Under the pieces are notes generated by a model that made no database searches, had not been told where the DNA came from, and was given only the letters and a program-made list of their open reading frames with translations. From Nitrosopumilaceae archaeon (GTDB lineage: Archaea > Thermoproteota > Nitrososphaeria > Nitrososphaerales > Nitrosopumilaceae), in NCBI GenBank assembly GCA_965214835.1, contig CBDCCK010000002.1:1152001-1216000 (forward strand): a DNA stretch of 64,000 nt. The letters are read 5' to 3'. A program made the position numbers and the translations under genes. This document shows, piece after piece, positions 38,171 through 48,091 of this stretch (the stretch's first letter is position 1; every line of letters starts with the position of its first letter).

Positions 38171-40487
38171 TGTTTCATATGAAAATTAGTTCCGCCTAAC
38201 ATTTGTATCCTTCTCCATCCATTCCGGGTCGCTTTTCCTGATCGCTTTTGTGGCCTCCCTGCCCCGGAACGCCATCCTGGGCGTCTCGGTGCGCCCCATG
38301 TCAAGCGACCAGTGCGTCCTGCGCTCGTTGTAGAACTCGATGAACTCGTCTATCTTGGCAAAGTCCGCCAGCTCCCTCTCAAGCGTCCCAAACCACCTCT
38401 CCAGCTTGTAGTTGGTCTGCGGATGGTACGGGCGCGAGTTGAGCAGCATGATGTTGCGCTCCAGCAGCTCGTCCTCAAACAGCGTGGGCGTCCAGCTGCC
38501 CCTGGGGGTGCCGCGCCTGGCCGACGTAAAGCAGCTGCCGTTGTCCGAGAGTATCTGGGCCGGCGTCCCGAACTGCCTGATTGCCTTGCGCAGCACCAGG
38601 ACTGCGTTCTCCGAGGTCGCGTGCTCAAAGACGCCGAACCCGGTTATGCACCGCGAGGAATCGTCAAGATACGCCTGCCAGATTGAGCTTTTTCAGGCGT
38701 GGATCCCTCATTTCGTGCCAGTCTGTGTGCCACATTGCGTTGGAATACATGCGCTCATAGCGCAGCCATTTGGTGAGGACCCCAAAAAAGAAGGAACGAT
38801 CTGCAATGCACACTTTTTGAATAAGGAGGTCGAATTACAAATATGACAAAGAAAATATGGAGTACGCAGGACAAGATAGGGATAGTCATGGAGCATCTCA
38901 ATACTAACATCGAGACGGCAGAGCTGTGCCGTCGCCACAACCTCTCCCCCAGGACGTTTTACCAGTGGAGGAAACGCTTTTTGCAGGGCGGACGCGCATC
39001 GCTGTCAGGCAGCGGCCCTGCAACGGCCGAAGGCAGGCTCCAAAAGGAGAACGAGTCGCTCAAAAACATCATCGGCGAGTATGCCATAGCCAATGCGCTT
39101 TTAAAAAAAACCTTGGAGGCAGGCAAAAGGTGAACATTGCAATACTGCCAAGGGAGAGGGGCTGGAGCATGGACAAGACACTGCAGTACAGCGGTGCCTC
39201 CAGAACTGCGTGGTACCACGTAAAAAAGCCGCAAAAGCCGACAGAACCGGATCCGCAGACGGTCTTGCTTGTCAGGGAGATTGGCAACAAGAGGCCCACA
39301 TACGGCACGCGCCGCATGGCAGCCCAGATAAGACGCGAGACCGGCGTGCCGACAAACCGCAAAAAGATACAGCAGATATACCGCAAGATAGGCTGGATCA
39401 CGCCTAAAAAGACCAAAAACGACATAATAAGAGCCGGAAGAAGGGACAGGTTCAAGCCCACAGGGCCAAACCAGCTGTGGGAGACTGACATCACGTACGT
39501 CTGGTGCGGCGTTGACGGGTGGTGCTACTGCTTTAACGTAATTGATACGTTCACCAGGAAGTGGATAACATACGTCTTTGACACGCAGGCCACCGCACAG
39601 GTCGCAGTCGAATCGCTGACAAAGGCAGTCTCCACGATTTCGGCAGACGAAGCGCGCGGCCTGCTGGTCAGAAGTGACAACGGCGTCCAGTATACGAGCC
39701 GCGAATTCAAGGAAAGCATGAAGGCGCTTGGGGTAAGGTGCGAATACATCTGGCACAACACGCCCGAGCAGAACGGACATGTCGAGTCCTTCCATAAGAC
39801 CCTCAAAAAGGAGTACGTCTGGCCGCACGACTTTGCCAGGTTCCAGGATGCCGAGGTCGTCCTGGCAGAGGCGTTTGCGGACTACAACCAGGACAGGATC
39901 CATTCGGCGCTGGGATACCTGACACCAGACGAGTTTGTCCGAAAAACCCAGAAAAGACAGGAGGAGGTGCCTCAAAAATGAGCGATCAGAGTGTGCATAA
40001 AATGTCGCCAAAATCGTTCCTACTCATAGGGATCCACTCCACATTTGAGCTGTCCGGATCTTCCGGGCGAGCTGTCCGTGATTCCCTCGGCCTTCATGAT
40101 CCTGTATGCGGTATAGTAGCTTATCTGCATGCCTGAGGCCCTCATGCGCAATGCCAGCCGCTCCGCACCCGACGGCATCTGGGAATATGCATCAAGGACC
40201 GCCTTGACATCCACGGGATCTGCATCCCTGCCTGGCCTTCCGACTTTGCGCTGTGGCAGAGCCGTGCCGGAGCTTCTGAACCTGGCCCATATCTTCCTGA
40301 CGTATCTGTCGCTGATGCCCAGCTCCCGGGCTATCTGCGTGGCCGGCACGCCCTTTCTTCTCTGCCTTTCTATGTACCGGAGCGACTTTTTCCCCAGTCT
40401 TTTCCTCGCATTTTTTGATCGGTAGAGTCTAAAATAATCCTTCAAAGTACGCCTGATCTTAGGCGGAACTAATTTTCGTATGATAGA
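38171..40487 (-). mobile_element. IS481 family element disrupted by an IS3 element
   Basis: ~29-bp TIRs (TGTTTCATATGAAAATTAGTTCCGCCTAA / TTAGGCGGAACTAATTTTCGTATGATAGA); HTH N-part 40044-40445, rve core 38186-38690 (DDSSR, SDNGSCF, PYHPQTNYKLER). Confidence 0.88.
38693..40043 (+). mobile_element. IS3 family element (orfA 38843-39133, orfB ~39130-39981)
   Basis: OrfA HTH, TTTTAAAAAAAAC slippery site near 39098, OrfB PNQLWETDITY, SDNGVQY, PEQNGHVESFH; imperfect TIRs around GTGGATCCCT. Confidence 0.9.
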
Positions 40488-40561
40488 CCAACTCCAACTA
40501 GTCGTGCATGTTTATATAGCAAATTCGCGATCTTTATAGCATATACAGAAAAGGTGATTGC

Positions 40562-40828
40562 ATGTCTCAAATTTTAACCGATGAACAACAAGAAATGTAT
40601 AATTTTGGTTATTATGCACGTTCGACATCCGAATCTAGACAAACCTTTGTTGTTACTCTTGAAGACGGTGAAGATGGTTGGATTGTTGCAAGATGTCCAG
40701 AACTAAACGCCGTAACGCAGGGAAGAACTATTGAAGAAGCTGAAAAGAACATGATCGAAGCCATCGAGGTATCACTAGAAGACGAACATAAACAATTTAG
40801 TATTTCTGCCAAGCGACTATATGAGTGA
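40562..40828 (+). CDS. hicB: HicB-like antitoxin (short, no DNA-binding domain)
   Basis: EDGWIVARCPELNAVTQGRTIEEAEKNMIEAIE signature. Confidence 0.9.
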   Translation: MSQILTDEQQEMYNFGYYARSTSESRQTFVVTLEDGEDGWIVARCPELNAVTQGRTIEEAEKNMIEAIEVSLEDEHKQFSISAKRLYE

Positions 40829-41046
40829 CTGAATTACCTGTTATTTCTGGCGGCGAGGCAATTAAAATTTTAGCTAACAGATTCGGGTTCAAAATAAAAA
40901 AACAACGAGGGAGCCATGTTAAAATGATTCATCCTGATGGAAGAAAAACCACCGTACCATTACATCCAGAATTAGATCGGGGCACTCTAAAATCTGCATT
41001 AGGCTTTGCACAAGTGGATATAGAAGAGTTTAAACGACATATCTGA
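40825..41046 (+). CDS. hicA: HicA mRNA interferase toxin
   Basis: LPVISGGEAIKIL..GF..KQRGSHVKM...TTVPLHPELDRGTLKS. Confidence 0.93.
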   Translation: MTELPVISGGEAIKILANRFGFKIKKQRGSHVKMIHPDGRKTTVPLHPELDRGTLKSALGFAQVDIEEFKRHI

Positions 41047-41058
41047 ATTAAAAAAATT

Positions 41059-41505
41059 ATGTCTTATACCGAAGAAAAAGAGACAGATTTTGTTGTTGTA
41101 AAAGAAGATTACAGTAGATTTCTTTGTAAAGATGGAACATTAATCAAAGCAAAAATTGTAGTTAAAAAAATATTTTTTCATCCACAAAAAACACCAGAAG
41201 GATATCCTGTTGGGGTTGGATTAGACACTTCTAACTCGGTATCTGCACTAGTGCCTGATGCTCTAAAAAGAGATCCGTCTGCCGAGTCTTGGAATCCGCA
41301 AATTGATAAAGGTGAAGAAATTCCATTTGACGAACAGCAAGTGCAAACACAAGAATACGTAACTCCTGATGGTTTTCGAATAACAGTAAGGCCCGTAGTT
41401 ACAAAAATCCTGCGATATGGCAAATATAATGCTCGTCGTGAACCTGTATATAGCGTAAATATTCAGGCCATTACCAACATAGACAAGATGGAAAGTACTG
41501 CATAA
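41059..41505 (+). CDS. Hypothetical protein with internal duplication (OrfX1)
   Basis: 12 bp after the hicA stop, same AT-rich composition; two repeats of F-x(8-9)-[FY]-x3-DG-x2-I-x4-VV-x-KI...PV. Confidence 0.75.
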   Translation: MSYTEEKETDFVVVKEDYSRFLCKDGTLIKAKIVVKKIFFHPQKTPEGYPVGVGLDTSNSVSALVPDALKRDPSAESWNPQIDKGEEIPFDEQQVQTQEYVTPDGFRITVRPVVTKILRYGKYNARREPVYSVNIQAITNIDKMESTA

Positions 41506-41525
41506 TCCTCAGATTCCTAATCATC

Positions 41526-41603
41526 AGACCTTGTGCGCAATCGGCGTAGATCAAAAAAATCAGGCGGCCTTTGCGTCGCTTTTGGCAAATGCGCACAGGG
41601 TTT
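41526..41603. mobile_element. MITE family B
   Basis: AGACCTTGTGCGCAATCGGCG...; reverse complement of 36873-36950. Confidence 0.75.
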
Positions 41604-41689
41604 CGTGACATCCCATGATCCATTGCTCTTTTGGCGGTCAGGATTCGTTGATTATCCTGATGATTTTTGACCGGGTTTCAAATTTTAGG

Positions 41690-41962
41690 CATGGCTGTGC
41701 AACAGCAGATAACGCGTCATACCACAAGTCCAAGGGTGTGAGGGAGACGCTGGAAAAGTATGATGATGAGATAATAACACTAGAGTTCTTGCTGCCATAC
41801 ACGCCGGAGCTCAACCCAGTCGAGATACTGTACAGGGAGATAAAGCGGAGGCTGTTTGCCAGGATATTTGAGACACTTGATGAGATGGAACGATCCGTGC
41901 GAAGGCTGTTTGCCAGGCGCGAGATCCTTCCGGTAAAGATGTTCCAATGCCTGACGTGCTGA
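41690..41962 (+). pseudogene. IS630 transposase C-terminal fragment
   Basis: DNASYHKS, FLLPYTPELNPVE. Confidence 0.85.
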
Positions 41963-42079
41963 CTGCCGCCGCAGCAATCTGCCGCATTCCTTGATGCCGG
42001 GTTTATAGTGACGATTGAAAGTCTTTCATCAAAAAACGCATTCCTGCATAATTCACACCCATACGTTCCCAAAAACTTC

Positions 42080-42257
42080 TAGTCGTCACCATAGTACGCC
42101 TTGCGAAGGCGTGAGCGCTTTGCCTGGCAGGAATTTGTTCTGTGATGCCGCGAATTCTGCATGTTTTCTCATGCGCGTGCGTGTGGTTTGCCTGATTCTA
42201 GATCTTTGGACCCAAAGCAGCTGTCAGAACCATCCGTTTTTTTATGTGTTGACTACA
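42080..42257. mobile_element. MITE/IS-end family G
   Basis: Reverse-complement similarity to 63865-64000; terminus ...TGTGTTGACTACA. Confidence 0.7.
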
Positions 42258-42587
42258 GCTTGCCAAGCAGCCAGTCGGCGCCGGGGCTGCGGCCCGCAGA
42301 ATCCCGGAGCGTCTCCGCGGCCTGCCCGGCGCACATGCGCTCCCTGGACATCGTTGCCAGAAGAGCCGCCGCATCCACCTCACTGTATATCGCGTTGGGC
42401 CTGTCGGAGAACCTCATGCCTATGGACGAGACGGCTGCCTGGTACATTTTGCGCTCCCTGTGTCCGCACAGCTGAGCAGCCTTGTCCCGTTTTGGCATGC
42501 AGGTACTGCCGGGCCCCGCCTATAGATCTGGTTCATCAGAAAAACATGTCATTTTACTGCATTTTCAGGCCACAATCGGAGCTACTG
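42258..42587 (-). pseudogene. ISH3-like (IS4 superfamily) left end and transposase N-terminal fragment
   Basis: End CAGTAGCTCC at 42587; ORF 42253-42498 with NAIYS..D....L and SPGADWLL pattern, truncated at family G element. Confidence 0.45.
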
Positions 42588-43092
42588 TGCGTAAACGAAA
42601 TTAGTGGCGTTGCCCCCGGCACCCGGGCTACAAAGAGCGGGTGTGGCAGGAGCCGGCGCACGCGTGACGGCGCCTCACCACGTTGAAAATATTTGATCAA
42701 GCCTGCAAGTGTTTTCAGTCGGTTGATTTAGATCCGGGATCCATTCCGGCGCACGCGTGACGGCAAAGTCCGAGACCGAGCTGATACGACGGCTGAGGAA
42801 GAGGATCAGGCAGGACGGCAGGAGGCACGAGAAGGATCAGGATAGGATGGAACAGCTGGAGCAGCGGCTGGACACTGAACGCCGGATGTGGCCCGCAACC
42901 TGGAATGACGACAGGCGCTCCGCGGACAACGCCGCCCTCATGCACAGGCTCGAGGTGCTCGAGGACATAATCGGCGGCGGGTCCCTGCAGCCCACCACGT
43001 CGATGGACCGCCGCCAGTTTGACTATACATCCGCCCGGTTTACGAATCTTGCCAAAAAGCATACAGGGGGTAGTCCTGATCGCCGCGTCTGA
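42588..43092 (+). pseudogene. IS5/ISL2-like left end and probable transposase N-terminal fragment (ORF 42757-43092)
   Basis: End sequence shared with 30514-30734; coiled-coil ORF followed by truncation. Confidence 0.5.
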
Positions 43093-43179
43093 TGCAGCAC
43101 ATGGCGGAGACAAGACCGAAAGGCCTGAAGGCGTACGGGAGGGAAAAGGATCCCGCGGGTCGGGGGCCGGGATGCCGCG

Positions 43180-44268
43180 TCACCCTAGCCCGATTCCCTT
43201 GAGAATCCCAACGAGCCTTTCGGCGGCCACGACGTTGTCCCAGCTGTCCCGTACGAACCTGCGCCCGTGCCTCCCCATCTCCTGCGCCCCATCTGCGTCG
43301 CCCAGCAACTGTGAAATTCTTTCTATCCATCCCACATGATCCCCCTGTCTGACCAGAAACCCGGTCTTGCCGTCCAGCATCGTCGCCGATATGTAGTCGC
43401 TATCGGTGGCGATCGCCGGCACCCCAATGGACATTGCCATTTTCAGCGAGTACGGCGACATTTCTATGGCGCTGGCAAGGCCGTAGATGTCGATCGAGGA
43501 TAGGTACTCCCTGAGCCTGTCGGGGTATTCGAGCGCCCCCAGCCACTCAAAGTTGTCGTATCCGGCCAGCTGTTCGAGTACCCTGTCGCGGTACCGTCCG
43601 TCGCCGGCACAGTAGAACGTCACGTGCGGGAGTGCCTTGACGACCCGGCGCAGGACCAGCATCTCCTTTGCCTTGAACCACTCGTTGGCATACTGCAACA
43701 GGCCCACGCACGGATGCTTCAGCGCCATGCCCCTGCCATTGCGTCCGTCGCCGCTCCAATAGTCCGTATCTATGCTGGAATAGGGGAACGTCGCCACGCT
43801 GCTTCGAGGGTAGTGCTTCCTTATGGTATCGGCTATGGAGTCGGTCTCGGCAAGTATGACCGAGGCCCTCCTCAGGCAGGGATTCATCATGCGGGCCCGT
43901 ACGGCATGATATATGCTGCGATAAACCATCCTGTCCTTTCTTTCCATTTCCCGGTACGACCAGTTGTCCCAGAAATACACCAGCACCGGTATTTTTTTGC
44001 AGGCTGCAACCGGCCCCAGCTCGTTTGGCAGGTCAGGCACTACGGCGTCGGGTTCGAACTCGTCGAGCAGCCGCTCAAAGCGCCTTTTCTTTGACGTGTT
44101 CAGTACCGGAAGCCTAGCCATGACGTTTCCCAGATACTCCCTGCGTACGACCCTCCTGCACTCGATGCCGCGCTTTTCCAGGTTTTTTATGAGCTTGTCC
44201 TGCAGTATCCATTTTGAGTTCGAGCCGGGCGTGGAGTCCTGGCCTGTGGCAACAAAGAGCAGCCTCAT
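43180..44268 (-). CDS. Glycosyltransferase family 4
   Basis: CAGDG, EMSPYSLKMAMSIGVPAIATD, DGKTGFLV, MGRHGR. Confidence 0.88.
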   Translation of the reverse strand: MRLLFVATGQDSTPGSNSKWILQDKLIKNLEKRGIECRRVVRREYLGNVMARLPVLNTSKKRRFERLLDEFEPDAVVPDLPNELGPVAACKKIPVLVYFWDNWSYREMERKDRMVYRSIYHAVRARMMNPCLRRASVILAETDSIADTIRKHYPRSSVATFPYSSIDTDYWSGDGRNGRGMALKHPCVGLLQYANEWFKAKEMLVLRRVVKALPHVTFYCAGDGRYRDRVLEQLAGYDNFEWLGALEYPDRLREYLSSIDIYGLASAIEMSPYSLKMAMSIGVPAIATDSDYISATMLDGKTGFLVRQGDHVGWIERISQLLGDADGAQEMGRHGRRFVRDSWDNVVAAERLVGILKGIGLG

Positions 44269-44458
44269 GGCGGGGCTTGTTCCCCTTGGTTAATAAGCCG
44301 TGTGCAGGTGTATTGTGGTGGCGATCAAAAGTTCTTGGACACATGGGGGATGAGCTGCGCAGGAAGGGCGCTTTTTGACGATCAAAGGCCTTCAATCCTC
44401 AGCATGGGCGTCCATTGCTGACTTGTTTTAAATAGGATAGACAGATTTCTGAATCTGC

Positions 44459-45508
44459 ATGAATGGCGTCTCGGATCTGCTCACGGTAGAATGGAGGAAC
44501 GACAAGGTCGTGATGGTTGATCAGACGAGGCTTCCCGGCGAGCTGGTCTTTGTAGAGTATGACGATTACAACCAAGTCGCCGATGCGATACGGACCCTGG
44601 TGGTCAGGGGCGCGCCCGCAATCGGGGTCTCCGGGGCGTTCGGCCTGGCCCTTGCGTCACTTCAAAGCAAGGCGGCCACCAGGGACGAGCTGATCTCAGA
44701 CCTGCAAAAGGCAAGACAGGTCCTCCATGACACCCGTCCTACGGCAGTCAACCTCGCCTGGGGACTGGATCAGATAATGAAGGTTGCAGACCGCGCAAGC
44801 TCCGTCGAGGAGATCAGGACATCCCTAGTCGCCGAGGCAAAAAGGATGGCAGATCAGGACGTCAAAATCAACAAGGCCATGGGAAGACACGGCGCCGGGC
44901 TGTTCGAAGACAACGATACCATAATGACCCACTGCAATGCGGGCGCGCTGGCCACCGTCGCATACGGCACGGCCCTGGGCGTCATTCGCGCCGTTCGCGA
45001 CAGCGGCAAAAACGTCAAGGTGATAGCCACCGAGACGAGGCCCGTCCAGCAGGGCTCCCGGCTGACTGCCTTTGAGCTAAAGCATGACGGGTTTGATGTC
45101 AGCCTCATTCCTGACACCGCGGTGGGCTATTCGATGGCCAACGGCCTGGTGACCCGCGTCGTCGTGGGCGCCGACAGGGTTCTTAGAACCGGCCACGTAT
45201 TCAACAAAATCGGGACATACCAGGTGGCCACCATGGCAAAACAGCACAGCGTGCCGTTCTATGTGGCAGCCCCCATGTCCACGTTTGACATGAAGAGCGG
45301 CCCCGACGATGTCGTCATAGAGATGAGAAAGGCGGCCGAGGTCACCCGGACAGGCGGCAAAAAGACCGCCCCTGACGGCATCAACGTCATAAATCCGGCC
45401 TTTGATGTCACCCCCCCGGGGCTGATTGCCGGGATTATAACCGAAAAGGGCATAGCGGGGCCTCCTCTTGAGGAGAGCATCAAAAAATTATTCGAAGCTA
45501 ATTTTTAA
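44459..45508 (+). CDS. mtnA: Methylthioribose-1-phosphate isomerase
   Basis: DQTRLP, VRGAPAIG, RPTAVNL, THCNAGALAT, ETRP, NKIGTY, NPAFDVTP. Confidence 0.95.
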   Translation: MNGVSDLLTVEWRNDKVVMVDQTRLPGELVFVEYDDYNQVADAIRTLVVRGAPAIGVSGAFGLALASLQSKAATRDELISDLQKARQVLHDTRPTAVNLAWGLDQIMKVADRASSVEEIRTSLVAEAKRMADQDVKINKAMGRHGAGLFEDNDTIMTHCNAGALATVAYGTALGVIRAVRDSGKNVKVIATETRPVQQGSRLTAFELKHDGFDVSLIPDTAVGYSMANGLVTRVVVGADRVLRTGHVFNKIGTYQVATMAKQHSVPFYVAAPMSTFDMKSGPDDVVIEMRKAAEVTRTGGKKTAPDGINVINPAFDVTPPGLIAGIITEKGIAGPPLEESIKKLFEANF

Positions 45509-45542
45509 AAAGTTTTTATTGTTTTCAGAATTGCCCTACAAT

Positions 45543-46184
45543 GTGAGTGCGGTAACCCCGGAGGCAATTGAGACATCGCTAAAGCAGTGCATGGATCCAG
45601 AGGTCCCGCTGAACATCGTGGAGATGGGCCTGGTCTACGGAATCGACGTAAAGCCCACCAACGACGTCAACATCAAAATGACGATGACCACGCAGGGGTG
45701 TCCGCTGCACGAGACGCTGGTCCAGGATGTCACCCGCTATGCCAGGAAGGTTCCCGGCGTAAACAGCGTCAATGTGGAGATTGTATGGGATCCGCCGTGG
45801 ACCATGGACAAGATGACAGACGGCGCAAAAGAGAAGATAAAAAACATGGGCACGGGGCTTGCAGCGACGCCTGCCCCGATCAACTACGAGACTGCAGCGC
45901 CGCAGGGCGTAGGAAAGCTTGTCAAGCAGGAGGACGGCTCGATGGTACTGGCCAACGAACACGAGCAGGGATTCATGGTAAACCAGGCAATAGTTGACTT
46001 TTGGAAGTCATGCAACGGCCAGCGAAAAATCACGGAACTGGTAGACGTGTTTGCACGGCAGACCGGCCTGCAGAGAAGCCAGGTTGAAAAGGAGGTGATG
46101 CAGCTGGTGCAGCAGCTGCGCGACGGCGGCCTCTTGGTAATTCCTAGCCAGCCTAGCGCCCCAAACGTTGACTTTAAAAAATAA
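45543..46184 (+). CDS. DUF59 (SufT/CIA2-like) Fe-S maturation domain fused to a PqqD-like domain
   Basis: DPEVPLNIVEMGLVY, TTQGCP, VWDPPWT; C-terminal FMVNQAIVDFWKSCNG..ITELV..LRDGGLL; start GTG 45543. Confidence 0.82.
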   Translation: MSAVTPEAIETSLKQCMDPEVPLNIVEMGLVYGIDVKPTNDVNIKMTMTTQGCPLHETLVQDVTRYARKVPGVNSVNVEIVWDPPWTMDKMTDGAKEKIKNMGTGLAATPAPINYETAAPQGVGKLVKQEDGSMVLANEHEQGFMVNQAIVDFWKSCNGQRKITELVDVFARQTGLQRSQVEKEVMQLVQQLRDGGLLVIPSQPSAPNVDFKK

Positions 46185-46818
46185 AGCTCGAGCTTGCACC
46201 GTCAAAGCTGATCGTAACTCCTGACAGGTACTTTATTCTGTTCTCGATTACCGACTTTACAAAGCTCCCGATCTCCTCGGGCTCTCCCAGCCTTCCCATG
46301 GGAAGGGTCTTCTCATATTCCCTTACATCCTCGATTAGCTCCCTTGTCCTGTCCGTGTTAATCGGCCCCGGCGCGATGTTGATGCAGCTGATCTCATCTT
46401 GCGCATAGTCCCTGCTGAGAATTTTGAACACCTCGGAGAATGCCGCCCTGTATGCGCATGAAATTACTAACCTTGAGCTTGGCTCCTTGATGACGCTTGA
46501 GCTTATCAGGAAAACATACCCGCCGTAATTGATTCTGATGTTCTGCAGCATGACTGCAAACCCTAGGAACAGCTGGTTGTGGTACTTTTCCCAGTCCTCC
46601 CTTGAAACCTCCCCGAATTTTTTGGGCGGAGGGCCGCCCGTGTTCAGCACCAAGACGTCGGCCTCTTTGTTTTTCTCACAGAACCGGATTACGTTTTCGA
46701 TGTCGCCGGTATCTAGCTCCGAGCTTGACGTTGCAACAACCTCGTATCCAAGGCCTGAGACTGCCCTTGCAATAGCCCTTCCTATTCCCCTTGAGCCTCC
46801 TATGACAATTGCCCTCAT
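46174..46818 (-). CDS. SDR family oxidoreductase
   Basis: GGSRGIG, LNTGGPPP, NIAPGPINTDR, PMGRLGEPEE. Confidence 0.9.
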   Translation of the reverse strand: MRAIVIGGSRGIGRAIARAVSGLGYEVVATSSSELDTGDIENVIRFCEKNKEADVLVLNTGGPPPKKFGEVSREDWEKYHNQLFLGFAVMLQNIRINYGGYVFLISSSVIKEPSSRLVISCAYRAAFSEVFKILSRDYAQDEISCINIAPGPINTDRTRELIEDVREYEKTLPMGRLGEPEEIGSFVKSVIENRIKYLSGVTISFDGASSSFIF

Positions 46819-46869
46819 AATGGCACATTGCCACATTAAGGATAAAAGTGGTGCCGGACAACATAAAAT

Positions 46870-47640
46870 ATGAGGATTAAAAACTTCATAAGGCGCAAGA
46901 CCCGGGAGGTTCTGTTCAGGCCCGAGTTCAAAGACGGCAGATACAAGATCTTGGGCAACTGGCTGCTGCTTGACGATGCCGATGCCCTGTCGCTGTCGCG
47001 GCTGGGAGTCTACGAGCCTGACAACACCAGATTCATACAAAAACTCAAGCCAAAAACCAGCATGGACATAGGAGCCAACCTTGGGTATTACACACTACTC
47101 ATGGCCGACAACTCGGAGAAGGTCTACTCATTTGAGCCCGAACCTGAAAACTTCAAGCGCCTGTCCGGCAACGTAGAGTTCAACAACAAGGACAACGTCA
47201 TCCTGTTCAACCAGGCCCTGGGAGATCAGACCGGCGAGGTTGACCTGCACCTGTGCCCCTACAACGCTGGAATGCACAGAACTTACGAGTCAGAATACTG
47301 CCTGGGCGGAGACATTGTCAAAGCAAGGATTGGCAGGCTGGATGATATCGGCGAGATCGACGGACAGGTCGACCTCGTCAAGATGGATGCGGAAGGGGCC
47401 GAGCCCAGCATCCTCAAAGGAATGACGAAGATTCTGGAACAAGACAATGTAATCCTGGCGGAGTTTCATGCCTATGCATTACGAGATGCAGGCCATGATC
47501 CTAGGGACTTTCTTGAGTATGCCAAGTCATTTGGCTACAAAGTAACCGACATGAAAAAGAATCCTGTTGATGCAGATAAGCTAATCGAGAAAACCGACTG
47601 CTGGAACTGCCCTAATGAGGCATTGCTGTTCAGCAAATAG
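46870..47640 (+). CDS. FkbM family methyltransferase
   Basis: DIGANLGYYT, FEPEPENF, VKMDAEGAE. Confidence 0.92.
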   Translation: MRIKNFIRRKTREVLFRPEFKDGRYKILGNWLLLDDADALSLSRLGVYEPDNTRFIQKLKPKTSMDIGANLGYYTLLMADNSEKVYSFEPEPENFKRLSGNVEFNNKDNVILFNQALGDQTGEVDLHLCPYNAGMHRTYESEYCLGGDIVKARIGRLDDIGEIDGQVDLVKMDAEGAEPSILKGMTKILEQDNVILAEFHAYALRDAGHDPRDFLEYAKSFGYKVTDMKKNPVDADKLIEKTDCWNCPNEALLFSK

Positions 47641-47738
47641 CTTACAATCGCCTGTTTGGCCCAACAGTTTTTTTACGCACGGGATTGGCCTGTGAACGCT
47701 ATTTCCTTCCTGCAGGCAGTGCGCGTACACCGAGTCAG

Positions 47739-47978
47739 CTAGATCTCTTTGATTTCCGTAACTATTCCCTGCACGGAATCCATCCTGACTATCGCCTTTT
47801 TCTCGCCCCAGCCCAGGGCGACATACCAGTCCCCCGCATCCTCGTGATACCTTGTCTCCAGGGTCTTGATATTCTCGGGCTTTGCGCCGTACTGCCTTGC
47901 AATTCCCGATACTGCAAGTGCCACTGCGTCTTTTTCCTTCTCCAGGCGCCTCCTCATCAGCCCTATTCCCGGACTCAT
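47739..47978 (-). CDS. Small hypothetical protein
   Basis: 79-aa ORF with protein-like composition and upstream TATA-like sequence. Confidence 0.65.
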   Translation of the reverse strand: MSPGIGLMRRRLEKEKDAVALAVSGIARQYGAKPENIKTLETRYHEDAGDWYVALGWGEKKAIVRMDSVQGIVTEIKEI

Positions 47979-48091
47979 GGCTTGTCATTGCAGAGTCCGC
48001 TAATATAGCTAATCATTTGCCTGTAGCGGGTAAAAAGCTTCAATTTCCATACATTGAAAAGCAGGATCCGATTCAAGCCACCCGTTACGCA

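Noticed and set aside
38959-40011. 350-aa antisense ORF in IS3 and similar long antisense ORFs (6729-7694, 12974-13840)
   Set aside because: Shadow ORFs of GC-rich coding strands with no motifs.
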